Shown: positions 1 to 11,990 of the stretch, one piece after another | Layout of the letters: every line of letters begins with the position of its first letter | How positions within the stretch are numbered: the first letter of the stretch is position 1 | DNA from: Chiloscyllium plagiosum | Taxonomy: Eukaryota | Direction: 5' to 3' | DNA length: 63,685 nucleotides | Assembly: GCF_004010195.1 (NCBI RefSeq) | Contig: NC_057758.1 | Span: 6,131,352-6,195,036, forward strand | Made by a program: the position numbers and the translations under genes | Notes under the pieces: generated by a model | Database searches by the model: none | What the model was told of the DNA's origin: nothing | The model's input: the letters and a program-made list of their open reading frames with translations, nothing else

Positions 1-1735
1 TGAAGTGAGAGGAAAAATAAAATTGATTCAGGTGAAATTCGGAGACATAATTCAAATACCATATTTTTGGGCTATGTGTCAAATTTTGGGGCACACTTGA
101 ATAGAGCAGTGGAGATGGCTACACAGCATTTAAAACTTTCACAGCATACAATGCAGGAAGCAGACGCGAAATCGAAAACACTGAAATTTTTCAACTGGAG
201 ACCAATTGTTAGTGGCACTTCCAGTGGCAGGTGAACCTTTAAATCCAAGGATTACGAGACCTTATCAAATCGAAAGGAGATTGTGAGCTGAACAAGTTGA
301 TAAGAACTCCACAGAGAAATAAAGATCACAGAGTGTGTCGTGTGAATAAGCACAATATTATTTTCAAAGGATGGGAAAACTCGGGGAGAATGTGTTATTG
401 ATTGCAAAACAGAAGGAAGAACCAAGTTCAGAACATTCTGAATTGGACTCTCCCCAAGTTAGGTTACTGAATGGGGAAGATGTCAAAACGTGGGATAATT
501 TTTTGAGTTACTTTCTCGTGGAAAACCCGAAAGACCTCATACACTTAAAGCGATCGTTATGAAGATGTGGGTTTGCTATATCTTTAAGAGAGTTCAAAGA
601 CAGCAGAACTACCTGACAACACCAAATGCCCTGAACAAGATATAATGTAAAATGTGGTTCAGTAACTGGGTAGCTGGTTGCCTGGAAACGACCACATAGA
701 TTTGAATTAGGTCAATCATTTTAAATTATACACCCCACGCAAAAAAATTGAAACTCCAACTAAATCTGAATTTAGTATATTGGCAATCTTAAAAGCCAGT
801 GACACAATCAGATGGTTTGGAGGTGTAAGACCGGGCAAAATTGAACAGTTGGGAGGAGAACTGTCACGCCATCAGCATCTGCAGGCAGCCCGGATAATCG
901 CTAATTTAAAGGTGCCTTTGTTGAAAATTGACCTGTGAGACAGAAATCCCGAAGAAGAAAAGAAGATCGATGCAGAAATCTGGCTAGTTTTGAAAACTTG
1001 AACAGTTGGTAAATCTTAATCGTGGGGGTTTAACAAGATTAGAAATGTAGAAGGGCAAGGTAAAAGATAGGTTAGAGGGGTGAGTTGTGAACAGTTGTTA
1101 GGTAAGTATTCTCTGTTAAACCACAAGGAATAAAGATGTGAATTCTTACTTTAAATAGTTGTTGAACTCTGTAATTTTCACAGATTAGTGCAAGAGTTAA
1201 ACCTTCTCCATATTGCTGGTTTAAATTGAGCAGGAGGCTTACCCTGTGTGTGTTACTGTTACAAAGCGAGACAGTTAGAACAAAGCTGGAAAATGTGACC
1301 TAATTATGCCTGATGTCGATATCAGAGATGCTGTTCCGATGCAGCAACATCCTTATCGGTATAACCCTCTAATGTTGGCAAAGTTTTAAGACGTTTGAAT
1401 GCACGCACCAAGACGACATAGTCAAAATGGGTTACTATGACTGGATCTCACTCATAGTAATGGTGTCAAATTCAGGTGCATATCAAACTTATGAATGAAC
1501 TATTTAAAAGTGAATGAAGTACCAAAGTTTAATTCAGATACGCTTACACATGTGGAAGACTATGTTGGACAGATCAAACAAGCAATTGATATTTCTGTTT
1601 GGATTTGCTCAGAGGATACTGGCAGGTACTGTTGTCCAAAATAACGAATATAGTATAGGCTTTCCTCAGACAGAATGGACTGTCTCAGTTTAAAGTCAAA
1701 CCATTTGTTATGAATAATGCACAGCCACATTTCGA
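1..1735 (+). repeat. Segmental duplication copy A (partial): Gmr1-like integrase C-terminus, nested solo LTR and RT N-terminus
   Basis: Matches the reverse complement of ~8234-9976 almost base for base (e.g. tgaagtgagaggaaaaataaaattgattcagg vs cctgaatcaattttatttttcctctcacttca at ~9945-9976). Also matches 48666-50848 directly. Ends at the N gap. Confidence 0.95.
555..1263 (+). mobile_element. Solo LTR nested in a Gmr1-like pol (copy A)
   Basis: Begins cgttatgaagatg (cf. TGTTATGAAGG at the 2726 LTR), ends ...tgttaca and contains AATAAA at 1129. Interrupts the INT-RT coding remnant. Confidence 0.65.
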
Positions 1736-2235
1736 NNNNNNNNNNNNNNNNNNNNNNNNNNNNNNNNNNNNNNNNNNNNNNNNNNNNNNNNNNNNNNNNN
1801 NNNNNNNNNNNNNNNNNNNNNNNNNNNNNNNNNNNNNNNNNNNNNNNNNNNNNNNNNNNNNNNNNNNNNNNNNNNNNNNNNNNNNNNNNNNNNNNNNNNN
1901 NNNNNNNNNNNNNNNNNNNNNNNNNNNNNNNNNNNNNNNNNNNNNNNNNNNNNNNNNNNNNNNNNNNNNNNNNNNNNNNNNNNNNNNNNNNNNNNNNNNN
2001 NNNNNNNNNNNNNNNNNNNNNNNNNNNNNNNNNNNNNNNNNNNNNNNNNNNNNNNNNNNNNNNNNNNNNNNNNNNNNNNNNNNNNNNNNNNNNNNNNNNN
2101 NNNNNNNNNNNNNNNNNNNNNNNNNNNNNNNNNNNNNNNNNNNNNNNNNNNNNNNNNNNNNNNNNNNNNNNNNNNNNNNNNNNNNNNNNNNNNNNNNNNN
2201 NNNNNNNNNNNNNNNNNNNNNNNNNNNNNNNNNNN
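1736..2235. other. Assembly gap (exactly 500 N)
   Basis: Run of 500 N. A fixed size is typical of scaffolding joins. Confidence 0.99.
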
Positions 2236-2249
2236 AGCTGTACTGCGAA

Positions 2250-2725
2250 AGCAAGATGAGGATGTGATTGAACTGCCAGTTGGTTACCTTTTGAAGAAAC
2301 GCAACATCCAGCAGTGGAAATACTCTACGATCGAAAAAGAGGTATTGAGTTTGGGACGGGCCTTACATATTTTAATATGTATGTCACGAACGATTTGTCC
2401 AAGACGGTTGCATGTGCATTCTTAAACAGCTATAAATACAAGAATATGCGACTACTTCTTTGCAAGCTTAGGTTGCAGAGTTTTAACTTAAAAATCGCAA
2501 ATCTTGCAGGTTGTATGAATGTAATCGCAGGTACATTATTGTCGATTTGGTTGATAAAGTTTAGCTCAGAATTTTTTTTATTGAATGGTTCATATCTCGC
2601 AGTATATGGGAAGAGGTTAAGGTGAACTGAAGTTAAAGTAATCTGTATGTTAGGGTGATCATTTTTCATCCTCCAAAACAGACATCTTTTTATTATGATT
2701 GTTCATTGTTTCTTAAGGACGGAGG
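2250..2725 (+). mobile_element. Gypsy (Gmr1-like) RNase H 3' remnant and polypurine tract
   Basis: Decayed LPVGYF..K..YSTIEKE.L.L..AL..F..Y and L.LQ.FNL.I...AG..N..A RNase H motifs across frames. Purine-rich aaggacggagg lies immediately before TGTTA. Confidence 0.8.
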
Positions 2726-3382
2726 TGTTATGAAGGTGTAAACGGTAGTGTACATTTGAGAACGTTAAAGGTGAGCAGGGTTAATTGGCACAGCATCAAG
2801 TGTTCTGAACAAACTAACTGTTAAACATTTGGACGAACAGCTGGAGGAGCTGGATTGCCTGAAGACAACAGAGACAAATGCAAATTCGGTCAATCAGGTT
2901 AAATTATGCTGCAAAATACCAAACTCCAATCAAATTGAATGGTCGTTTTTGACAGTGATGACAGCACTGAAACGATCCATGATGTAAAACACAGAAATCA
3001 AATGTTGGAGGAGAACAGCAAAAAGCCCAACAGATAAAGGCTGCCAGCAAGAACTGTCTGGCAGGTACCTTTTCACATCGAAAATGATTGACACCGACCC
3101 TGGAGAACAAATCTACAGCGGAAGGAACGAAGGGAGAATTGTATAGGTGGTTGGTTTTGAAATTTGAATTTTTCTCTAATTATGAATCAGGTAGTTATAT
3201 CGCACCAGTATTGTCAACGGGAAAGGAAAAGATACTTCAGAGAAAGGGGTTGGAAGTAGTTTCCAGTTAATTATTCTGTGTTAGACGTTAAATATTAAAG
3301 TTCTCATTTTTTTCATTCCATGGTAACTTTTGCGATAGTTCTTTGCCAGTCGAATTTTCAGATTACAGCACGGTGTGTAACA
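2726..3382 (+). mobile_element. 3' LTR of Gmr1-like element
   Basis: TGTTA...TAACA inverted termini directly after the PPT. Paralogue at 54858-55516. Confidence 0.8.
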
Positions 3383-3389
3383 TTTCTGT

Positions 3390-3760
3390 GCGTCAGGTTT
3401 AAATCAGGAGAGAGCATTTCCGCGTGACATAACAGCGCGTTCATGAGATCGATGATGCAGGATTGACCAGCATTTTCCACTTCTTCTACTTCCTGAAAAA
3501 AGAAATCTCGGCACTGGTCAGCAGCTCCTTGTGCTGCCGGTCCGACGTCGGCTCCCTCGTCTCGAATCCAGATGGCAGGATGACCTGTCACAGCTAAGCA
3601 CGGAGAATGCCAGCTTTCTAGACGATCCCGTCCCTCTTGACGACCTGGACACTCGAATGGCTCTCGAGTGGTTAGTCGCCGTGGCTGAACGGACTGACTA
3701 TGGAGTGTTTTTGGCCAATCTGGGAATAGAACAGGAGACAAAATGTGTGCTGCTCACTGG
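3390..3760 (+). mobile_element. Tx1/L1-clade LINE ORF2 fragment (linker into RT N-terminus)
   Basis: Frameshifted FFY.LKK..GQQLLVL..., SQLSTENASFLDDPVPLDDL and, in copy C, LSSGQSLWLNGLTVECLWAIWE. These resemble the Tx1 motif LPQLS...LD.PLTL.EL...L..GKSPGLDGLTVEFF.AFW. Confidence 0.7.
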
Positions 3761-4259
3761 TCGAACGCCAAGGCAAGTCCAGTTTCATCAATTCATGGCG
3801 GCGTTGTTGAAACGCAAATGGGAAATATCGACCAGATTTGGCTTGCATCACAAGGTGAAGAAACCTTTAAGCGGGCAAAACACAGATAAAGGATCTCCCT
3901 GTTACAGACACCATGTATCAGTACAAGAGGCCACAAATCTCTCTCCGTGAAGTCACCCAACTACACAAGGAAAAGAATAGGCAACTGAGAGCTTTGTGGC
4001 GAATCGCTCCACAACACACAGTCACAAGCAATAAGTTCAATACCCTTCCAACTTATTCCTCAACTCTGCAATCCTACAATTCTCCGATTATTTATTAATC
4101 ACCTGGTTATCAAGAGTGCACCTAACAATTTAGATTTCCTCCATTCGCTACCACTTGAGGAAGTGAGAGCAAAAATACGTTTCCTGAAAAGCGTTTCAAA
4201 TAGAAGCCCCGTTATTATAAAAAAAATTCATAATTTCCCTATTTTTTACTGCACAATCA

Positions 4260-5030
4260 CAACTTAGGTATGAATGCAGAATGTACAATTCGTGAGTTTG
4301 CAGATGACTTGAAATTTGGCATTATTGTTGAACGTGACATGGATCATTTCAGCAGAGTGTCTGATATTGGTCAGCAACTAAATTGCGCACAGCAATGGCA
4401 GATACAATTAATCCCGAAAGGTGCAAGGTGATTAATTTTGGGGTGTTTAATAAGCGAAGAATGGGAGTAACGAATGGTAAGTCGCCAGGGAGCACCGACA
4501 AACAAAGAGATCATAGTGTATGAGGTAAAAATCTCTTCATATGTCAACACGATTCGACAGCGTGGTGAGGTGAACTGGCCAAGCTGAATCTGCCATCGTG
4601 TTCAGGGTTGTGTGGGTGAGATACATTAGTAGGGGAACCGTAGCGCAATAGCGCAGAAGAATTGGTCTGGGTGGGATACCCGTCGGAGGGCCAATGTGGA
4701 CATTTTTCGAAAATGGCCGGTTTCCACACTGTGGGGATTCTATGATGATGAAGGAGGCATTTAGCAGCTTGATTTCTTTAGCAAGTGTGAGGAATATGGA
4801 GCAGAAAATTCCTGTTGCAACATTTTCAAATATTGATTCGTTCACAGATGGAAAACTGTGTTTATCTCTGTTCGCCCTATTGTAGAGGATGTGGTTGCAT
4901 CGGGATGTGTGCGGGCAGATTCACCACGATGTTGCAAATAAATATCCCAGTTATGAGGAAAGACTGGGCAGTCCGTCTTTGTTCCCCTTGAGACACATGA
5001 TGCCGTTGTGGGTCTACTTGTGATATACAA
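4260..5030 (+). mobile_element. Decayed CR1 LINE ORF2 C-terminal fragments
   Basis: gagtttgcagatgac (FADD motif), ...WQIQ.NPERCKVINFG..., and agttatgaggaaagactg (SYEERL). The middle part is of uncertain origin. Confidence 0.6.
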
Positions 5031-5509
5031 AATTAAGAGAGTTATTGATGGCTCAGATTGTGAGAATATCTTCAACATGGGAGACATACATGAGAGCACA
5101 GTGTATTAACTTAAAGTGAGGAGTAAGTGGCCTGGAACAACACACAATTCTCCCTCTGGACCTAACGAATAATATTTACAGCTCCATCATATATTACTTG
5201 CAATTGGACAATATCCAAATATCATCTCATGTATTTTCGATATCTGTGCTGCTGCCTTCAAAGCACCATCAACTTTCCCACCACTGTGCCTCTCATCCTC
5301 TGTATTTATTTGCCGCCCAACATTCTTCATGAGCATCTTGTCCTGTGAAATTGTTTCCTCAATTTCTGTCTTGCTATGATGCGGCACATCTACACAGCTT
5401 GTATAATTGATCACCTCACTATGTGATAGCATATAGACTGCTTTAGAAGCATCACAGGTAAGACAGATATTAAACAGTGACTGAGACAGGCACTCTTCTA
5501 CCATTTGGT

Positions 5510-6470
5510 CGGAATTTCCGATAAAACCCACTAAATCCCAGGAAATATAATACTATTCTCTTTATCGCCGCATGGGGAACTCCACACTTACACTTGTTTT
5601 CACATTCCTTGGGGCATTTGTGCATATCCAGTAACACGGCCCAGGATAATAACTTGGACTTTCACGAATTAATTCTGAGTCAGCTTTGTCAACGAGCCTG
5701 CCTTGGAAAGTCAATCGAATCATTTCAATAAATTCTGAAAATTTCTATTGCATGTGTGACAAAAAAACTAGTTCTTCAATATACACTACGCAGTTGTGTA
5801 ATACGGAAATTACTTTATTGCTGTGTCTCTGAAATGTGATGCCACATTTTTCATACCAAATAGCATGAATTAAATTGATACAGTTCATTCCTTGTTTCAA
5901 AAACGAAATTTATCTTTACTTTTGCAGATAAAAAGCACCTGTCAGCATCCTCTGAATATATTTCTGAGATAGAAATATATCTAGCTTTTCTGACCTTTTC
6001 AATGCAAAGTTCTATTGCAGAATCGGAGAAGAATCACATTTTGTACCTGCAGTTGTTTTGCAATTGTTCACATCTAAGTGCTGGGTATGATCTGGGTTTA
6101 GCAACATTACGATGGATGGAAGTGCAACTCACATCCTATATGCTGTCTTACAGCATGCGTTCAATCTCTTTATGAACCTGTGTCAATTTACTGGAATAAG
6201 TCGATAAGGCTGCTGTTTAATTGGAATAGCATTTTCTCTGTCTACATTATGCATAATCAGATGAGTTCTTCACCAGCTCAACCCCACATATCTTGCCATG
6301 CAACATCACTTACTCTTTCAGGTCGTTTCGGTTTTCCTCTGCAAGGTAACTCAATAATGTATCCCTGACATTTTGTAAATTTCTCATTGCCCAAGATAAT
6401 GTAAGTAATGCCCAATTCATAATCCTTGGTTCTTAATCTGTGTGTCACAAGTAACACATTATTCTTTTTG
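5510..6470 (-). mobile_element. Decayed Gypsy RT fragment
   Basis: Minus-strand remnants GFYRKF.P, FGMKN.A..F.R and C.VYIE, plus qhpy-like RT N-terminus. Partial paralogue at ~51720-52290. Confidence 0.65.
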
Positions 6471-6472
6471 CA

Positions 6473-6772
6473 AGGTTTGTGAAGATTTGTAGCTCAGGTT
6501 GAGGTTTATGGTGTAGGTTTGCTCGCTGAGCTGTACGTTTGATATCCAGACGTTTCATTACCTGGATAGGTAACATCATCAGTGGCGACCTCCAAGTGAC
6601 GCGAATCTGTTGTCTCCTGCTATTTATTTATATTTTACATAGATAAAAATAGAAAGCAGGAGACAACAGCTTCGCTTCATTTGGAGGTAGCCACTGATGA
6701 TGTTACCTAGCCAGGTAATGAAACGGCTGGATATCAAACCGACAGCTCAGCGAGCAAACCTACACCCTAAAC
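6473..6772. mobile_element. Penelope-derived fold-back element with a hammerhead motif in each arm
   Basis: Inverted arms ~6504-6632 and ~6638-6772. Each arm has CTGATGA-stem-GAAAC. Absent from copy C because it falls inside a deletion. Confidence 0.8.
6546..6585 (-). ncRNA. Minimal type I hammerhead ribozyme motif
   Basis: Minus strand reads cca-CTGATGA-tgttacctatccaggtaat-GAAA-cGTC-tgg: stem I cca/tgg, stem II gttacct/aggtaat, GTC cleavage triplet. The plus-arm copy (6691-6730) has GTC>GGC. Confidence 0.7.
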
Positions 6773-6908
6773 ACTCTGATTTAGTTTTTCATTCCAATCA
6801 TAATACATTATGAGCATATTCACATGCCATATTCTGTGAGATTTCTTTCGATGTGGAATCCTTATCAAATCATTCACTTCGGTCAATCTCCTTTGATTGT
6901 GATAATGT

Positions 6909-7513
6909 TCACGAACACTTAATTTTGAAATAAAGACTCCCTTAAAGCATTTTTAAAAAGTTTGCCCAGAGCGTAACTTTCCTAATTGATTTGAGCAGAC
7001 ATTTGCTCCAGGCGCGTCACAATTGGTCAAAACACTCGGTTGTAAACAATACAGAATTTATTTACACACAAACAAAACGAAACCAAATTTAGAATGACTT
7101 AACTGTTTGAGAACAAACTGACACGAACATGCAACTTAACAAAGATATGTTTCGATTTACTGCAATATCCCATAAAACCCTCTGAGCAAAAAGGTACATT
7201 CAAGTAAAGATTCTAACAGGAGATGGCTTGCAGAGAGATAAATAGATAGTTGAGAGAGAAGGGGAGAGATAGAATCAGGATGGAGCTGGTTCTTTGGTCC
7301 CCAGCTAAACACCTGGCCAGCAGCTTCATGCTGATTACTTGATAAAATGAAAGTAGAAAGAAAAACGTGAACTGGGAGAACTAGCCGCTCGCCATCATGA
7401 TACATACGTTTTGAAAGTGTTTTGAGGGAGATTTATCCCAGCATTTGGGATCTCTGTCTTTCTGAAGAATGAACGAACGTCGAAATAACCTCATGAAAGA
7501 AGCAGAGTTGTCA
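6909..7513 (-). mobile_element. LTR-like fragment (Gypsy family)
   Basis: Shares ggtcaaa.cac..g.t...aaacaa.a.agaatttatt with the LTR-like block at ~31015-31990. Non-coding, ends ttgtcac. Confidence 0.45.
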
Positions 7514-7603
7514 CTCATTCGTCAATACATGAAATGACCAATCAGCATCCAAGATTGCCTTCATTTTAAAACCTCTGTAAGCTTACAATCTTACTACACT
7601 CCA

Positions 7604-7652
7604 ACACACACACACACACACACATATATATATCTATATATATATATATATA
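7604..7652. repeat. (AC)n(TA)n compound microsatellite
   Basis: Seen directly. Collapsed to gatatatatgtgt in copy C (~51432-51444). Confidence 0.95.
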
Positions 7653-8705
7653 ACATTGTGTATAACCATGCAAACAAGATCTACGATGGTCTGCCTTCTT
7701 ATCGTCTTCCAGCAAGTGAATTGCTGACATCCACATACTTGAAATAATAGACAACTTGAATTTTTGTGTTATTAGGTGTGGTTAATACTGGGACGATGGT
7801 TACCACCGCTTGCCGGCGCTTTCTGACAATCTGTCGTTCACTGAAACGTCTTGCCTTACCTCGGTAATTCAGTGAATGCAGCAACCACATTGCTAAAACG
7901 TGGTGCGAATTCCGAATAAAATCCACTTAATAATACGAGCGATAGCATTGCTTTTCTTGTCGATGGCATGGGAAATTTCCGACTCAGCTTTGTTTTTACA
8001 TTCCGTGGGGGCAATTGTCTATGTCCAATAATATTACCCACGAAGTTGACGTCGTGGTAAAGTTTGGTAAAGTTAATGATAGCCAGTTTTATCACCAAGC
8101 CTGCCTACCGAAGTCGTTTGAAGAATTCTGATAAAGTTGGCAAATGTTTTTTCCATGTGCACCTAAAAATCACCAGGTCATAAATATTTACTGTGCAACT
8201 TGGTATGCCAGAAATGATTTTGTTGGTTAGTCATCGAAATGTGGCTGTGCATTATTCATAACAAATGGTTTGACTTTAAACTGAGACAGTCCATTCTGTC
8301 TGAGGAAAGCCTATACTATATTCGTTATTTTGGACAACAGTACCTGCCAGTATCCTCTGAGCAAATCTAAACAGAAATATCAATTGCTTGTTTAATCTGT
8401 CCAACATAGTCTTCCACATATGTAAGCGGATCTGAATTAAACTTTGGTACTTCATTCACTTTTAAATAGTTCATTCATAAGCTTGCTCTGCATCTGAATT
8501 TGACACCATTACTATGAGTGAGATCCAGTCATAGTAACCCATTTTGACTATGTCGTCTTGGTGCGTGCATTCAAACGTCTTAAAACTTTGCCAACATTAG
8601 AGGGTTATACCGATAAGTATGTTGCTGCATCGGAACAGCATCTCTGATATCGACATCAGGCATAATTAGGTCAAATTTGCCAGCTTTGTTCTAACTGTCT
8701 CGCTC

Positions 8706-9424
8706 TGTAACAGTAACACACACAGGGTAACCCGCCTGCTCAATTTAAACCAGCAACACGGAGAAGGTTTAACTCTTGCACTAATCTGTGAAAATTACAG
8801 AGTTCAACAACTATTTAAAGTAAGAATTCACATCTTTATTCCTTGTGGTTTAACAGAGAATACTTACCGAACAACTATTCACAACTCAACCCTCTAACCT
8901 ATCTTTTAACTTGCCCTTCTACATTACTAATCTTATTAAACCCCACGATTAAGATTTACCAACAGTTCAAGTTTTCAAAACTAGCCAGATTTCGAACCTT
9001 TTCTGCATAGATCTTCTTTTCTTCTTCGGGATTTCTGTCTCACAGGTCAATTTTCAATAAAGGCACCTTTAAATTAGCGATTATCAAGGCTGCCTGCACA
9101 TACTGATGGCGTGACAGTTCTCCACCACCTGTTCAATTTTGCCCGGTCTTACACCTCCAAACCATCTGATTGTGTCACTGGCTTTTAAAATTGTCAATAT
9201 ACTAAATTCAGATTTAGTTAGAGTTTCATTTTTTTTTGCGTGGGGTGTATAATTTAAAATGATTGACCTAATTCAAATTTATGTGGCCGTTTCCAGGCAA
9301 CCAGCTACCCAGTTACTGAACCACATTTTACATTATATCTTGTTCAGGAGATTTGGTGTTGTCAGGTAGTTCTGCTATTTTTGAACTCTCTTAAAGATGC
9401 AGCAAACCCACATCTTCAAAACGA
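8706..9424 (-). mobile_element. Solo LTR nested in the Gmr1-like element (copy B)
   Basis: Reverse complement of 555-1263. Confidence 0.65.
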
Positions 9425-10904
9425 TCGCATTAAGTGTATGAGGTCTTTCGGGTTTTCCACGAGAAAGTAACTCAAAAAATTATCCCAAGTTTTGACATGT
9501 TCCCCATTCAGTAATTTAACTTGGGGAGAGTCCAATTCAGAATGTTCTGAACTTGGTTCTTCCTTCTGTTTTGCAATCAATAACACATTCTCCCCTAGTT
9601 TTCCTATCCTGTGAAAATACGTTTGTGCTTATTCACACGACACACTCTATGATCTTTATTTCTCTGTGGAGTTCTTATCAACTTGTTTAGTTCACAATCT
9701 CCTTTAGATTTGGTAAGGTCTCGTAATCCTTGGATTTAAAGGTTCACCTGCCACTGGAAGTGCCACTAACACTTGTCTCCAGTTGAAAAATTGCAGTGTT
9801 TTCGATTTCGTGTCTGCTTCCTGCATTGTATGCTGTGAAAGTTTTAAATGCTGTGTAGCCGTCTCCACTGCTCTATTCAAGTGTGCCCGAAAATTTGACA
9901 CATAGCCCAAAAATATGGTATTTGAATTATGTCTCCAAATTTCACCTGAATCAATTTTATTTTTCCTCTCACTTCATGATGGAAAACGATTTCAAGCGGA
10001 CAGAATGTGTTCAATTCATTTCATGCATCTCTGTTCACAAAACTACAAATGGAATTACTTCATCACAATCATTTGATTCGTCTTGAATGTCAACTCTGAA
10101 CATAGTCTTTAATGTCTGACGCCACGTTTCCAGCCATCGATGCAACTTTGTATGGGGCGCACTGTATTTGAAGTGTTTTATTCCTGAGCTGTCCGTAATA
10201 TCATTGCTTAATTTTGGTTCAAAGTGTGACCCTTGGTCTCTGTGGGTTCAGTTGAGATGGGATATTGCATAAAGAAGTGCGTGTGCAAGTCTCGTGGACA
10301 CATCCACTTATGTTAACGCAAATTGATTCCCACTTTTTGTTCTACGTAGGCGATCCTACAAAATCAATTATGACTCTTGTCAGAGGTCCCTCAAATGCAG
10401 AAATTGCTATAAAGATGCAAATTTTACTACTACCCGCGGTTTTCCAATTACTTGACAGGTATAACATGACTGACAAAATGTAATTACATTCTTGGAAGGT
10501 ACAAGTCAGTTAAAATATTTTTATATTTCAGTTTGAATCTTTCTTGCTCCTAAATAACCTCGTAGTAATTCACGTGTTACCCGCAACACCTCCTTTCTTC
10601 AGCTCATTGGCAATATAACTTGATATCCTTCAGACTATCCCTATCTGAATGAATATGTGGTGGCCTCCAATTCATTATTAAGATACCACTTTTAAGAATG
10701 CGAAAAAAGGAGATGCATATCGAGTCTTCTTTTGATTATGCTTTTTGATCAATTCCTTCCATTTCGCACCTTTCAGCTGTCACTCGGTTAATTTTCCAGA
10801 CTTGAAGACCTCTCCTTTATCACCCATTTACTCCTGTTTTCTATCAACCATCGAATCAAACAAGGTATCTGCAAAATCCATTTGAAGGTCCTTATCTGAT
10901 CTCT

Positions 10905-11990
10905 GTTTTCTCTCCTTTTTCAACTTGTAATTTTTTGTTACCACACAGTGAGCAAAAATCTTGGGATATGCTTGCAGTAATAGCACAACGTCCGCTCTCC
11001 CTTGGTCCAGGAACACCCCACACACGATTGGGATACCACCCACAAACTCCAGCTCCTCCGTGGATTTTGTTTCATTGGCCCAAAACACCTCATCTTTACA
11101 ATGGGCATCCAGTCCCTGTAGGCCTCTATCCATCATGGTGAAGACCTGCAAGCACTCCGTTTCCATCCCTGCCGCTAACCCAACCAGTACCCCAATACTA
11201 CCATGATACATTCATTCGATTGGCTAAACTGGTCCGCACCTTCAACAATTTCTCATCCGAATTCTCCCACTTCCATCAGGCCAAATGGGTAGCCATGGCC
11301 CTACCTACAGGTACCTCTTCGTCGGATATGTAGATCAGTCCATCTTCAGCAGTTACACTGGCATGATTCCACACCTTTTCCTCCTTTACATTGATGAGTG
11401 TATCAGCGCCATCTCGTTCTTCCACGAGGAGGTTGACCAGTACATCAACTTTACGACCATCATTCTCCTTGAACTCAAGTTCATTTGAACCAGCTCGGAT
11501 CCAGCCCTCCCCCACCTGAAACTCTCTGTAATCAATCCGGCAACGGACCCAACACGGGCATCTAATTCAATACCCACAGCTGCGAATACCCACAGCTCCG
11601 TGGAGTGAACACTCCTCCCTTCTGTAATATCACTGTCCCTTACTCTGATTCCTCTGTCTCCATCGCATCTGCTCCCATAGGGAGTAATTCCACTCCAATG
11701 TATCCCAGACTTTCTCGTATCCCGAGTACCACAATTTCCTCTCTGACACGTTTAATAATGCTCTCCAGCGCATCTCCTTCACTTGCTGCACCTCCACCTT
11801 TGAACTCCATTGCTCCAATCACAGCAAGGATACCTTGCCCACGTCCACACCCTCCACATTCCTAATGAACGGCTTATACCCGAAAGTGGATTCTCCTGTT
11901 ACTCGGATGCTGCCTGACCTGCTGTACTTTTCCAGTGCCACACTTTTCGAGTCAGGTTTTCAGCATTTGCAGTCCTGGGTTTCTCCTGAA
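10905..11990 (+). mobile_element. Penelope-like element RT fragment with 3' pseudo-LTR, inserted between PR and INT of the Gmr1-like element
   Basis: LIFTMGIQSL*ASIHHGEDLQALRF and MGSHGPTYRYLFVGYVDQSIF...LYIDECISA match Penelope RT motifs (FTMD..SLYT.I, GxAMG.....YA.LF.G..E, RYIDD). Degenerate hammerhead attcctaatga...cccgaaa at ~11858-11890. Confidence 0.85.

Noticed and set aside
1732..1735. Both contigs end in TCGA just before the gaps (also 34486-34489)
   Set aside because: A 4-bp coincidence or an assembly/library artefact. No biological inference is possible.
1685..2267. Long ORFs across the first gap (and 34189-35107 across the second)
   Set aside because: Artefacts of translating N runs. 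Only the MTAQLVQCATCLMWE start at 35044 is meaningful (CR1 ORF1).
5187..5531. 114-aa ORF partly retained in both B and C
   Set aside because: No recognisable domain. In C it is interrupted by an insertion and a stop, and sharing is explained by the duplication.
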